This document shows, one piece after another, positions 1 through 12,795 of a stretch of 46,209 nucleotides of DNA. The first letter of the stretch is position 1; the number at the start of each line of letters is the position of its first letter. This DNA is from Lymnaea stagnalis (Eukaryota): positions 660,358-706,566 of the forward strand of contig CAXITT010000026.1 of the NCBI GenBank assembly GCA_964033795.1, in the 5' to 3' direction. A model generated the notes under the pieces. That model was not told where the DNA came from and did no database searches. It worked only from the letters and a program-made list of their open reading frames with translations. The translations under genes were made by a program, and so were the position numbers.

Positions 1-1610
1 ATCTTCCCACCCTTTTCCAGTCTCAACTCACAAAGTGGGCCAGTTATTTACAGCATCTGTATGCCCAGTAATAAATAGTTCTACAACCGTCATCCTGTTG
101 ACTATGTCACACACAAGTGAAGCATTATCCTGTTGACTAACGTCACACACAAGTGTAGGCAAGACATTAAAAATGACACTATAAAACATGTGTTCAATAA
201 TCCTTCTAAAAAAATATTGAAAAAATATTAAGACGGACTAAAAATTTATATGAATAATCATTTAGAAACTTAAAACTTCAAAGACATCAAAAATTCATTC
301 TGGCTGTGAAACTAATCTTGACACTGACATTTGGAAGATGCAGCCCCAATAATGATCTAGATTGACATTGCTCTTAAAATATATATAAAGTTACCTGTCC
401 CTAACAAAATTTTAAAAAATCAAATAATAGTATAAACAGACAACTAAAATGGTGTTTTCCCATAAAATGGCCTTAGATAGCAGGGTTAAAAATGAAATTG
501 TAAAAAAGAAACAAAAATGTAGGGCTATCTATAGTTTGTCCTGCAAATTTATAAGAGTCTTTGTGGCAAGGTAGCTGGTCCCCAATGTAAATACCGAAAA
601 AATGTATGTTTCATTGCTTGACATATAGGGCACTGTAAATAGTAACATACTATAAAGCACTCTTTACCTCTCATGAACAGAACTAATTTATTAAATTTCA
701 AAGAATTTACACTGTATGTGTAAATTTCACAAATTTTTAATTCAAAGGTACATGATTTTTAAAAAAATGCCTTCATTTTTTAAAGTTTTTTCATCATCAG
801 ATTTTCTTTTTTTTAAAATCCCAAAAATGTAAACAAAAACAAAATAAATGTTGCTGAGACATCCATAAACTATTACATTACTTCAGTGAATGAAAAGCTC
901 AGTTTCCTGACAAAGAATTAAATGTATAATATTAATAATAAAAGGTGTTTATAGTATGAATAATTCATTAATATGAAAATACATAATTCTTTATGTAACA
1001 ATTTAACAATCAACTAATGTCACTGACGCATTCACTAAATAAAATTCCAGATAACTGCAATAGATGAGATTTTAAAAATGAAGCATGTGCGTTTGGTGCT
1101 TAATATATTTCTATTAATGCAAATATTCTCAATTTAAATATGGTGTTATGAATATGCGGTAAAAAGGGCAGTAGGAAATTAAACTATCAATACAGTTCAG
1201 GGGTGGTGGGGGGAGGCACTAATTGGGAATCTTAGAAAGTGCGTTACTTGAATGCATGATTTGTCAAGTAACTTTAGTAGATGGGAAGTTCACGCATTGC
1301 TGACACCATTATTTTGTGGGCTATAGCTAGTACACGGTATATTAATATTATGCACCGAAATAGTTTAAATTAAGGTTTATGTTTGATAACTTCAAATTTA
1401 TAATATTTATTTCAAAGACCTAAGTTTCCTTTTTAGCAACAACCTTTGTTTCATGTATTTAAATAACAGCAATCAAGTCAAAATGCTAGTTTTATTTTCA
1501 ATAATTGTTGAGTAAAATTATTTTTAGGTGCACATATTTTATCTAAAAATTAAAAATATATATTAATATTAACTTGCATTATGGAAAGGATATTGAATAA
1601 AAAATTGAAG

Positions 1611-1964
1611 TTAGGATTTTGTCTTAGCAGTTCCTTTTCTTTTAGAGACATTTTTGTTGCCTTGTTTGGGTTCAGGGGCATCACTTTTATCAACAGGTTG
1701 TATTTTATTTTGTACACTTTTTTCTTGATCTAAAGAACTCTTTGCCTCTACTTCTGGTTCTATTGAATCACCCTTACCACTTGAATTATCTTTTGAAAAT
1801 AGGCTGGCAATCTTCTTGAACAGAAATCTCAGAATAGTTACAAAAAGATTGATGGCAAGAATAAACAAAACAATGCATATAAATATAACTGTAACACTTA
1901 ATGCAAAACTAAGCTCATAAGTTTGGGGAGCCATTTCTAAACAGTTCAAGAATAAATAGCACAA
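1611..1964 (-). CDS. possible small single-pass membrane protein ORF (117 aa; MAPQTYELSFALSVTVIFICIVLFILAINLFVTILRF... with a K/S/E-rich tail)
   Basis: A 117-codon open frame in a ~70% AT region, where stop codons are frequent. It has one clear hydrophobic helix followed by a charged low-complexity tail. There is no homology I can name. Confidence 0.3.
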   Translation of the reverse strand: MCYLFLNCLEMAPQTYELSFALSVTVIFICIVLFILAINLFVTILRFLFKKIASLFSKDNSSGKGDSIEPEVEAKSSLDQEKSVQNKIQPVDKSDAPEPKQGNKNVSKRKGTAKTKS

Positions 1965-2042
1965 CGGAACAATTAATGTTTAATGATAAAATTTTTTAAA
2001 TGAACAAAACCTTCCTGCTCAGAATATTTGAACCTTTCAAAA

Positions 2043-2173
2043 TCAGTACATTGCATCTGGCGTTTCCTTGTTAAGAAAGTAGACTTTTACAGTGGTTCCA
2101 TCAATCATCACAACATCCTCTGAATACTTTACCATGAACCAGGAGACTATGCCATAAGCAAGTGTTGGAATAC
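2043..2173 (-). CDS. terminal coding exon of an unidentified gene (G-IPTLAYGIVSWFMVKYSEDVVMIDGTTVKVYFLNKETPDAMY-stop)
   Basis: On the minus strand the acceptor is catttgtag| and the stop is TGA (plus 2043-2045). The exon is in phase with the upstream exon at 2299-2431. It shows unusually clean non-repetitive coding for this AT-rich region. Confidence 0.5.
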
Positions 2174-2251
2174 CTACAAATGGAAGAATGAAATATATAA
2201 GCAATAAAACACTACACTGCACAATTTAGACAACTCAATATTTATATATTA

Positions 2252-2437
<186 letters not shown>

Positions 2438-2859
2438 TTATTAATGAAAGATATAATTCACACTTAACATTTATTGCAAGAATCAAAATGAAATGGAATA
2501 TGGGCAATTATCCCCAGCAGCTCTTAAAAAAGAAATTGTTTACACATGGCTGCACTAAAAACAATTATTTGATCTCTATCTTTCTATGGGTCTGGATTTT
2601 GGACTGAGTAATTTGCATGTGTATGAAGAACCCATATAGTGGTGACAAAAAAGAAAAATTACTTCAAAAATAATATCTAAATAGTTAAAATAGCCATGCA
2701 TTTTATATTTATGAATATGTTAAGAAAGGAAATTGTAATCTTTAATGGCAGTACATACTATTATTACAATATCACTGAATATCAGTGATGAAAGACAGTA
2801 GTTATAAAATATTTCCGACAACACAAACACTAAGACAAAGTTTGGTATCAATTTGCCGC

Positions 2860-3245
2860 TGTTCGGACCCGAGTCCCTTTAGTCTAAAATTCAGATGTCA
2901 TTTGTGGTGGTTTATTTAAATTTAAGTTAAACTGAAGAAGTCAACAAACTATTATAGGCCTAATCCATTCAATTATTGGCTAAATCCGAGGACGGCTGCC
3001 ATGGCGTCTTTTGTGTGTTTATTATAGTTGCAGTGAATTAGGGTTTAGGTTAGGTTGAGGGATCGATTTAGGGATACATTCGTGAAATTCAATAAAAAAG
3101 TGGCAGGCGTCCCCATTTTTAACCCACTTATCTTTTATTTGATACCAAATTTTGTCTTACAAACCCAACAATAATATTTGAAATATTTTTTTAATAAACC
3201 CAACCTCTCAATCTTTTCGGGGTCTGAATCCCGGGTCCGAATGGT
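2860..3245. mobile_element. longer, rearranged copy of the same MITE family
   Basis: It shares ggtatcaaattttgtcttgcaa, gacccgggtc and cttcagtttaac blocks with 24264-24478 in inverted orientation. Its ends are gctgttcggacccgagtc and gaatcccgggtccgaatgg. Confidence 0.5.
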
Positions 3246-3284
3246 CACATTCTATTTAATAATTTAAATTCAATGAAGGAATTA

Positions 3285-3587
<303 letters not shown>

Positions 3588-5402
3588 TTAAAAAAAGCAA
3601 ATGTGTTCAATTTGATTAGCTGTAGTGAATCTTTCAATGCATAATGATCAATTTTAGGATTTTATTTTTAATTTATTTTTCTTCGACCACTACAAGCGAA
3701 GAGGTAGGCCTAAATATTAAAAGACAAGAAAAACATTTGATTAGTAGCTTCCCTTGAGCGAAATATATAAAAAATATAAAACCTGTTTCCAGTGACTCTT
3801 AATTGAACGGAACAAAATGTATGAATCAGTTACTAAAATTAGCTTAATCCGGGAAGAAACTTTACAAGCACAAGTCGCTATCTGCAGATTCTGAGTCTTT
3901 GAAAAAATAAACACATATCTGCAAAGAATAAATCGATAAGAGTAACCATGAATGATGTCATACGAATTCACCCCTTTCAGTTCGTTCATGTATTGGATTT
4001 GGTAGGCTACTCACTACTAATTAAATTCTGCCTTGTAATGTCTGTCACCACTCAACTCCACCACTGAAGTCCACTCACTGTCTGAACTGTCTCAAGCCTC
4101 AACTCATCAGTCCTCAGTCTGTCGTCACTTGTGACAGTGTTCTGTTCAATATGCCATCTGGCTAATTTAATCAATTTAATAAAATAATCACACTAATAGT
4201 TACAGTTACAATAGTAACAAGGCAACAAGAACAAGGCTAAGCACCAAATCAAGGTGTATTGAAACGCTTGGTAAAATGATCAACATCACACAATTCTTTC
4301 AAAGTGTGAGGACCAGTGTAATGATATATGTATAAACTGAAAAGTAAATCCAGTGCACAAAATTCACAATTTTTAATTTATGGGTTTTGCAGGATATAAA
4401 AATATAATCTACGTTAACTCATCCCTGCCCTTCTGAAGGGGGACAAAACTTAATGTGTCTTGCACTTCATTCCCTTCATAAGCACCTCTATAGTAAGAGT
4501 AAGAGGCAGAAAAAGGGACAGACAGTTTCGTTGAAACACCCCTCTGCATAAGATAAAGTTGAAGCGTATAAAATAGTTTTTATCATCAAGTGAACTCAAA
4601 TCTCTTAATAGCGTCACAGTAATGCACAATGTCTTTGGGGCCATCCTTAAATGACAATATGCGTCATGCATCCTGGGGTGGGGGTGGGGGTGGTGGTTAT
4701 TAATTTGTGACAAGGTGTGAGAAAAGTGTCATATGTGTTATAAATTTGTGATGATATTTGGGATGGGGTGGGGGTAAAAAATAGGCCAAAATAGCATGAC
4801 ATCATTTTTGGTTAGCTGGTTTCCATAAGGGCATTAGAAAAAAAAATATATAGCTTATAGACGCTATAGAAACTATATTATCCCATAGATGACATAGCAG
4901 TGTGAGGCATGGATTATTTCATCTGGATTGTAAATTAAATTCTGCATTTGAAAAAAAAGGCTATAAAAATGTCCTTACCATACAATTTTTAGAAATAAAT
5001 CAATGCAGACATTTGCACAGACTTGAACAAAAAAATGAAAAGTGAAATTTGAACAAAATTAAAAGACACTAACTGCCATTTAGGGATAAATGATTTGGAA
5101 ATAAATATTATTGGAATTGTACCACATTGAAAGAAATGAGGGTGCCAAAGATGACGATGAACTTATGGCATCGAATGCCTTCTATACATAACACAAGAGT
5201 AAGGAAGACAAATCACACATAGGTCAATAAATGGCCTATGCTACAACACAAATACTCTATTACAAATGTAGGCCTACTGCCCAGAATGCAATATACTGAA
5301 AACCTTTGAGCTTTTTTTTTTAAATTTAAATGCTGAGTCATTTACCATTTTTATGCAATATGCCTATATTTAATAATATTTAATCTTCTCTTATTTTCTT
5401 AG

Positions 5403-5536
5403 AATAAAAATATTGTTCATCTGGAGGTGGGACCAAAAACATTGATACTGAAGAGCAACCATTCACTAGTAGCTGGTCCCCTGAATATGATTGTTGTACC
5501 TCCTGGCTCCTATTGTGTCATAAATGATCCTGTTAG
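5403..5536 (+). CDS. MVP: MVP coding exon (N-terminal shoulder region: NKNIVHLEVGPKTLILKSNHSLVAGPLNMIVVPPGSYCVINDPV)
   Basis: Acceptor ttattttcttag| precedes the exon and the donor is AG|gtgagt (phase 2). The translation aligns to human MVP [44 protein letters not shown]. An in-frame TAG lies immediately upstream, so the Met exon is elsewhere. Confidence 0.8.
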
Positions 5537-7146
5537 GTGAGTGGAATCTGGAGCATGAAATAATTAATTATTTGTACAATTGTACATTTAAAAAAACCAG
5601 GGCTGTAGAGATGACTGATTTTTAACCTCCTCAACTCGTCTGTGCATAAATTTTTATCCACTGTGAACACAGTTTGTTTCAAGAAATGGCGTTTTTTTTA
5701 TTTAATGCTGATTTGGTGATGGAGAAAGCTTTTTGTTAATTTGTTTCAATATGGGATGGGGTGAAAAAAGTCTAGACTAGAAAAAAGTCAGTGAATTTTT
5801 ACCATCAAGGTTTAGATGTCTTAAGCTGAAAAAGATTATTTATATTTATTAATAACATAACCTGAAAATGGAACAAAGTTAGTTCCAACATTTGATTTAG
5901 AGCTGTTCATTGTCTTAATGTTTCTCACTTTTCTTTATGTTAATAAAAATAATAATAATTTAAAAAAAAAAAATATTTCTCACAGATTTTAAAAGGGTGG
6001 CTGATCTGTGGGCCCATCACCTTAAATTTTTCAACCCATTGACTGTATATCTTATATGAACTTATATCTTCATTCAGGATTATATTCAGTCTTGTCAAAA
6101 ACACACAATTGAAATATATATTTAACACTTTTTGTGACTATGTATGCGATTTTAGTTTAACTTCTAAAATGTAAGGATTTATATAAACACTGCTAGGTAA
6201 AGAAAAACAAAATGTTCACAAGCATTTCTTCTGTTACTCTCCGGTTAAGTGTTGAATGATGAAAATATAAATAAAGGTATGTGCCAAAAATCCATCCCTG
6301 AATTTGACATTTTTAACTAATTTTATTGGAGATTGGGCTCAGCCCCCCTCCCCTGAACTATCCTCTAATTTACTTTAACGACTTTTGTGGGCTTCTTCAA
6401 ATTCTAGTCCATCAATCAAATATTTCTTTCAACAAGGAAATCACAGGCACCTTTAAATCAACAATTTGCACTGCATACTAGGTTTGTTCACAAAATTTAG
6501 TGGATAATTGGGCAATAATGAAATTCAAACTTCCATTTTTATGGTGCAACTTTGTTTCTACACAGAGACTGAGAAAGTTACATTGTGATCTTAGAACACT
6601 AAAGTTTTTCAATTTCAAATAATTTTGTTTCTTGTTTTGTCTTGTCTGCTGAAGAAGGCATTTAGATGAAACTTCCTTTTAATTGTTCTGTCTTTTTTTT
6701 TTAAGCCTAAAAACCTCTTGTTCCACCATTTATTTATTCACATGGCTTGAACAGACTCATCCATATATTTTCCATATTCAAAAAGAGAGTTCCTAGTGTA
6801 AAGGGAGCAAACTCTTTCACAGTCTGTATTCATTATTTAACACCTTCAAGTTAATGGGAAAGACAGAATAAAGTGGTTGCTTTATCATTTTACAGACCTG
6901 CTGCCAATACAGAATGGCTTAAAGGTGATTTTATTTTTTGCAGAATAAATGAACAAGATGTTACTATGTGTGGCATGCAGACATCATGGTCTAGGTTGTG
7001 GAGACATCTAAATCATTTGGTTCAACGTCATGGCTCCGTGTATATATTTTTAAGATATCTCAAGACTATTGGAAAAATAAAGTCATATACATAATAATAT
7101 ATAGACATGTGATGGTGCTAGGCTGAATGGAAATATGTTTGTGCTT

Positions 7147-7385
7147 AAAAATTAAGCTAATGATTTCATATTAGAAGTTCTGCAAATGTGTCTGATGCTC
7201 TAAAAAGATGTGACTATGTTGGACTTTCAACTGATCTAATGGGTATCAATAAACTTTCTGATCTATCTTGTTTGTATTAGAAGTTATGCGAAATGAGTCT
7301 GATACTCTACCATGAGATGACTATCCTGAACTTTCAGCTGATGCAATCTGTATCAATAAACCTTCTGATCTGTTATGTTTTTATT
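7147..7385. repeat. ~120-bp tandem duplication (2 copies) in an MVP intron
   Basis: gtattagaagtt.tgc.aaatg.gtctgat.ctcta...ctgat.taatgggtatcaataaac.ttctgatct occurs twice in tandem. Confidence 0.8.
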
Positions 7386-7821
7386 AGCAGGAATGATGCC
7401 ACTAACATTGCATATATTTTTGAGAGGATATTTTAATGTACTTTTTAATGGTTTACATCATATAAAACTTGAAGTCCTTTGGTGCAGTACTCACTCTTCA
7501 CTTTTTGTTTTGAAATTTTGTGTTATTTGTTCAATAAATGGAATTAAAAAAACGGCGAACATGAATATGATCAACTTTGAATTTTTTTCCACAACCTTAC
7601 AGCATAGAGTATTTTAAAGAGCCAAATTTTAAGATTATACCTGTGTGCTATCATCTGATAACCATATGACTTAAGAATAAATAAATTATTGTGTTCATCG
7701 TTTATTTTATTTATGATGTTAATGACATGTTGCCTGTGAAACCATTTGTGTTGGCCATCCCTTCTTTAAAATCATTGGAAGATTATTTATGGTTTTTCCC
7801 CCCCACAAAATGAAATTCCTG

Positions 7822-7992
7822 TATGTATTGGCGTATAACATGCCCCCGCGTATAACTATAACACACACCTCAATTTAAGAAGGAAATTTCAGGAAAAAAA
7901 AACTAAAAATTATATCGGCGTATAACACGCACACATGATTTACCCCCTATTTTCGGGGAGAAAAAGTTTGTGCTATACGCCAATAAATACGG
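7822..7992. mobile_element. small MITE-like inverted-repeat element (tattggcgtataaca ... tgctatacgccaata) in an MVP intron
   Basis: The terminal inverted repeats have a third internal copy (cggcgtataacacgc). The element is ~170 bp. Confidence 0.45.
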
Positions 7993-8165
7993 TAGTTTCC
8001 TCTTTGTAAAATATTATTTTGCTACTAGTGCTCCTTAGAAATTAATACCTATACTTCATTCAGAGAACAATTAGATATGAATGCAGCAAAATTCTATAAG
8101 TATAAGATAACTGATGTAGCTATTCTTCTGACATCTTTCACTATTCATTTTATTTCATTTTTCAG

Positions 8166-8229
8166 GTCGTACACTCCAGGTGAAAAGTCTGAACATGACT
8201 TGGGGCAAACGTTAGTCAAATTTCATGCT
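8166..8229 (+). CDS. MVP: MVP coding exon (G completes AGG; SYTPGEKSEHDLGQTLVKFHA)
   Basis: Acceptor atttttcag| and donor GCT|gtaagt. The phase closes the AG left by the previous exon. DLGQTLVKFHA corresponds to human DVTGQVRLRHA. Confidence 0.65.
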
Positions 8230-8661
8230 GTAAGTTCTTTTAATTCTAAGGATAGATGATAAGTAAGAGATATTTTCTTCATTAAAAAAAATGCTAAATA
8301 GCTAATGATCTTCAAAGTCATAAAATTAAGTCTATTAATTGCATGATACTCCGTGTAGTATTTGGCCATTGTAATTTTAAATGACGCTATTGGTCTTATA
8401 GTTTGAAGAAAAGCTGGTGCCAGTTGCAAGGAAGTTACCTTATGTCTCTCTTTTGAATACAGTCACTGTTTGAAGTTGTACCTATTCAAGATAACTAATC
8501 GTGAGGGCTTAAAATCTAATCATGTTTTAAATAAAAAAGCTGTCTGAATTATCAGCGTCACAGTTGGGGACGATTCCATGTCACAGACAGACTCTCCATT
8601 TATCAAAACACTAAACTCTTGTGCAAACTTTTTAAAAAGTTGTTGAAATATTTTTATTCAG

Positions 8662-8886
8662 GAGCCTTTTCCACTTTACCCTGGGGAGTATTTAGCTGCC
8701 GCTCCACAGTTTTTGAATGGCTCGACTGACTATTCATCAGCTATCAAACCACTGCCTGTGGTGAAGGCAAACTGTGCCATTAGGCTCGAGGCTGTGATGG
8801 ATCATCTTGACAATGACATCCAGAGGTTTGCTGGAGACATGTGGCAGCTAAAAGGACCTCTCACCTACAAGCCCAGACCAGAAGTG
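8662..8886 (+). CDS. MVP: MVP coding exon (EPFPLYPGEYLAAAPQFLNGSTDYSSAIKPLPVVKANCAIRLEAVMDHLDNDIQRFAGDMWQLKGPLTYKPRPEVV)
   Basis: Acceptor ttattcag| and donor GTG|gtattt. The exon is 225 nt in phase 0. It matches human DPFPLYPGE...[24 protein letters not shown]. Confidence 0.85.
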
Positions 8887-9023
8887 GTATTTATGGATGG
8901 TCACAGATTTCAGTTTAATAAAGATTAGTGTAAAAATTTAAAATAATTTTTTTTTATCTTTTCTGTGAAGAGTTTATTTTTCTTGAACAGCTTGTTTTAC
9001 TAACAGTGTTTTTCTGTTTTCAG

Positions 9024-9115
9024 AGGATAGTAAAGATCATTGAACCTCAGGTCATTAAGAGTGGGCAGGTGGTGAAGCTCAGAGCCGTCCAGGATACCAC
9101 AGACAATATGGACAA
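9024..9115 (+). CDS. MVP: MVP coding exon (RIVKIIEPQVIKSGQVVKLRAVQDTTDNMDK)
   Basis: Acceptor tttctgttttcag| and donor AA|gtcagt. The translation matches human [29 protein letters not shown]. Confidence 0.85.
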
Positions 9116-9891
9116 GTCAGTTATGAATTATGCCTTTAAATTCAAGCCAATAGGCAATATGTTACAGTCAACCAACAGCTTTGGTTTGGTGTTGTTGATG
9201 GATGTCTCCATTAATAAGAAAAAAACAAACAAACGGGGATTGTATCAAATGCTGACATTCCTTTATTAACTTTATAATTATAATTTGTAAGGTCATTTGA
9301 TTAAAATAAACCTTCAACGAGACATCTGACAAAACTGACCATCCCAAATGATTGAACATAGATAAATTTATCATGGAATGTCATTTCTTGAACTCCTCAT
9401 GTCCCCGTTGGTCAATGGTACTCTATTTTTCTTTCCATTTAAAGGAACTTATTCTAAATGTAAATATAATAGCAATAGTTACCTACCAGAGCACACACAA
9501 AACTCATGACCATAAATTCAAATCAAAATTAACAGAAACTGGTTTACAGATCAGCTGTGGTAGTTTATAGAATTATATAATTAGTTTTGTTAAAGTTTTT
9601 ACATTTTAATACTTAATTTGTTTGTTTAAATGAAATTGATTATTATTATTAAACACATCCATTCCCCCCCCCCCCAATTATTTATAAAAGATTGAGTCTT
9701 ATAAATATGTGACACTTCTATACCGATTAGACAGAAATATACAGAATAATAAAGAAACCCTTCAAATGTTGTTAGCAGATACATGATTTATTATTTAATA
9801 TGCATATATACGATCATCTTTTTTTTCTTTCAGCTTTTATACTTTTTGCTTTGAATGATTATCACTCAATTTTTATCCCAAAACTTGACAG

Positions 9892-9961
9892 GTTTAGAGT
9901 CACCGGGGAGGAATGGCTTGTGAAAGAACCAGGTGCTTATCTGCCTGGTGTATTTGAGGAG
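9892..9961 (+). CDS. MVP: MVP coding exon ([25 protein letters not shown])
   Basis: Acceptor cttgacag| and donor GAG|gtcagt. It is near-identical to human [23 protein letters not shown]. Confidence 0.85.
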
Positions 9962-10639
9962 GTCAGTATCAGATAAGATATCAACCTTCCATTCCATAAA
10001 AGTATTTATGTTCAATCATCATCTTTTTTTGTTCATTGCATAGCTTACCACTACTTCATCTTATTACTTTATAATATTCAAGAAATTAATTTTCTATCAT
10101 TTCAATGCTTATCACTACTTCATCTTATTACTTTATAATATTCAAGTAATTTTTTTGTCCCTTCAGTTAACGCTCTTGATATAGTTTAAAAAAAAAAATG
10201 TTTGTACAGGTATTTGATAGAAATACCGCCTGGCTTCACTCAAACTTTATCACAAATTGTTGCACAAAAAACCAGAAATAACTATATTCATTGTGTCATC
10301 ATTATCCTGGCATGCTTTATATAATAGTGTGTCAGTGGCTTTACTTTCCAACCAGAACCTGCACACCGTCAATGTCTCCACAGTGATCTTTGATTTTTAC
10401 AATCAATATGTTTTAACATTCCTAATAGGCAGAACAGTCATCCCTGGGTTTAGTCAGCAATATAGGATTCCCTCTCTGGCCATTCCCTGTCACAGACTCT
10501 GCAGACTGTCTCCAGAAACTGAACATATTTGTTGGGTTGGTTTGGGCTGTTTTAGAAATCATACAGGATCATCATGTCCAGGGTCAGCAGTGTCTGTGAG
10601 ATGTCTTTCATGATCTCTAAGAGAGAGATAGTGTCCACT

Positions 10640-11745
10640 AGATCCAGGGGCTTTAGGGGTTGATGTGGTCCACATGATCCTGGTGCCTAGAGGTTGATGT
10701 GGTCCACATGATCCAGGTGCCTAGGGGTTGATGTGGTCCACATGATCCAGTTGCTTAGAGGTTGATGTGGTCCACATGATCCAGGTGCTTAGAGGTTGAT
10801 GTGGTCCACATGATCCAGATGCTTAGGGGTTGATGTGGCGACATGATCCAGGTGCCTAGGGGTTGATGTGGTCCACATAATCCAGGTGCTTAGGGGTGGA
10901 TGTGGTCCACATGATCCAGGTGCTTAGGGGTTGATGTGGTCCACATGATCCAGTTGCTTAGAGGTTGATGTGGTCCACATGATCCAGTTGCTTAGAGGTT
11001 GATGTGGTCCGCATGATCCAGTTGCTTAGGGCTTGATGTGGTCCACATGATCCAGGTGCTTAGGGGTTGATGTGGTCCACATGATCCAGGTGCTTAGGGG
11101 TTGATGTCGTCAACATGATCCAGGTGCCTAGGGGTTGATGTGGTCTACATGATCCAGGTGCTTAGGGGTGGATGTGGTCCACATGATCCAGGTGCTTAGG
11201 GGTTGATGTGGTCCACATGATCCAGGTGCTTAGGGGTTGATGTGGTCCACATGATCCAGGTGCTTAGGGGTTGATGTGGTCAACATGATCACATGATTCA
11301 GTTGCTTAGGGGTTGATGTGGTCCACATGATCCAGGTGCTTAGGGGTTGATGTGGTCCACATGATCCAGGTGCTTAGGGGTTGATGTCGTCCACATGATC
11401 CAGGTGCCTAGGGGTTGATGTGGTCTACATGATCCAGGTGCTTAGGGGTGGATGTGGTCCACATGATCCAGGTGCCTAGGGGTTGATGTGGTCCACATGA
11501 TCCAGGTGCTTAGAGGTTGATGTGGTCCACATGATCCAGGTGCTTAGGGGTTGATGTGGTCAACATGATCCAGTTGCTTAGGGGTGGATGTGGTCCACAT
11601 GATCCAGGTGCCTAGGGGTTGATGTGGTTCACATGATCCAAGTGCTTAGAGGTGGATGTGGTCCACTTGATCCAGATGCTTAGGGGTTGATGTGATCCAC
11701 ATGATCCAAGTGCTTAGGGATTGATGTTGTTCACTTGGTGACTGG
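10640..11745. repeat. 34-bp minisatellite, ~32 units (gatccaggtgcttaggggttgatgtggtccacat) in an MVP intron
   Basis: The tandem periodicity is directly visible. Units vary by point changes (cttagg/cctagg, ggtt/ggtg). Confidence 0.95.
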
Positions 11746-12456
11746 GCAGAAGTATGAACACAGAGTAATTGAGATTCTAAGTCAGGCACAGAGGGATCAT
11801 TGTAAAACAAAATACAAAGACTAGAATAGACACCTGCTTGAGGAAGATTAAGACCTGGTTTATTAATGAGAGGTGGGGTAGCCTGCTCCTGTGGATCCAG
11901 ATCCATAACTGGATCTTCAGTCACACCTGATGGATCACTGTTGAAACAGGGATGAACAGTACAACAAGAGCAGGAGTACTTTTGTGAAGATGCCCATGCA
12001 GACACATTTAAGCAAAAAGTGTCCATGAATGCTACAGATGCGGCGGTGCCTTGTACATCTGTGCAGTCACTGCCTCTAAACAAGAGTGATATTATTTTCC
12101 CCAACACTGCTACTCAACCTGCTACACAACCTCTGCAAGGTTCAAATGCAGACCAACTCCCATAACAAGGAAGCTTAGGTGGTCATACGTCTACCACTCT
12201 TAGATAGCCATACGTCTACCACTCTTAGATAGCCATTGTCCACCACTCCTTTGTTGGGTTATCAAAGTTGCTGTCTGTACTGAATGAAACTGATGGAGCT
12301 GAAACTGAAACATTTCCAAAAAAACAAAACAAATTCTGTTAGATTTAGTTTTTATTTACTCTTTATTTAAGTTTGTTTAAATTTAAAAAAAAAAATCACA
12401 TCAATTTAAAATGTAATAAATCAAATTGACTGGGCTCTTTAACCATGTCATCACAG

Positions 12457-12551
12457 GTTGTATCTGTTGAAGATGTTATTACACTAACATCAGATGTTGC
12501 ATTACACCTTAGGGCCACGCAGACACTCACTGATCTTGAAGGTCAGATAAG
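12457..12551 (+). CDS. MVP: MVP coding exon (VVSVEDVITLTSDVALHLRATQTLTDLEGQI-R)
   Basis: Acceptor catcacag| and donor AG|gtaagaat. It matches human [31 protein letters not shown]. The donor is the first unit of a 36-bp tandem repeat. Confidence 0.8.
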
Positions 12552-12795
12552 GTAAGAATTAGTCGGCACCTTCAGTGTACCTTGCAGGTAAGAATAACTT
12601 GGCAAATTTAGAGTACCTTGCTGGTAAGAATTAGTCGGCACATTCAGAGTACCTTGCAGGTAAGAATTAGTCGGCACCTTCAGCGTTCCTTGCAAGTAAG
12701 CATTAGTCGGCGCATTATTACCTGCAAGGTAGGAATTAGTCTGTACCTTGCCTTTAGCGTACCTTGCCTTACTGTACCTTGACATTCTACAGTAT
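12542..12795. repeat. 36-bp tandem repeat x~7 (gtaagaattagtcggcaccttcagtgtaccttgcag) starting at the exon-4 donor
   Basis: The first unit is the functional donor, and each unit carries gtaaga plus ccttgcag. Confidence 0.9.

Noticed and set aside
4909-4935. Candidate start ATGGATTATTTCATCTGGATT|gtaaat (MDYFIWI vs human EEFIIRI)
   Set aside because: It has only 7 codons, and no following PPYHYIHVLD-encoding exon was found before 5403. The evidence is insufficient.
5139-5208. Candidate MVP first exon ATGACGATGAACTTATGGCATCGAATGCCTTCTATACATAACACAAGAG|gtaagg (..HRMPSIHNTR vs human IRIPPYHYIH)
   Set aside because: It has a strong donor and a faint resemblance, but it would end in phase 1. Exon 5403 starts in phase 0 directly after an in-frame TAG. 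The similarity is too weak to call.
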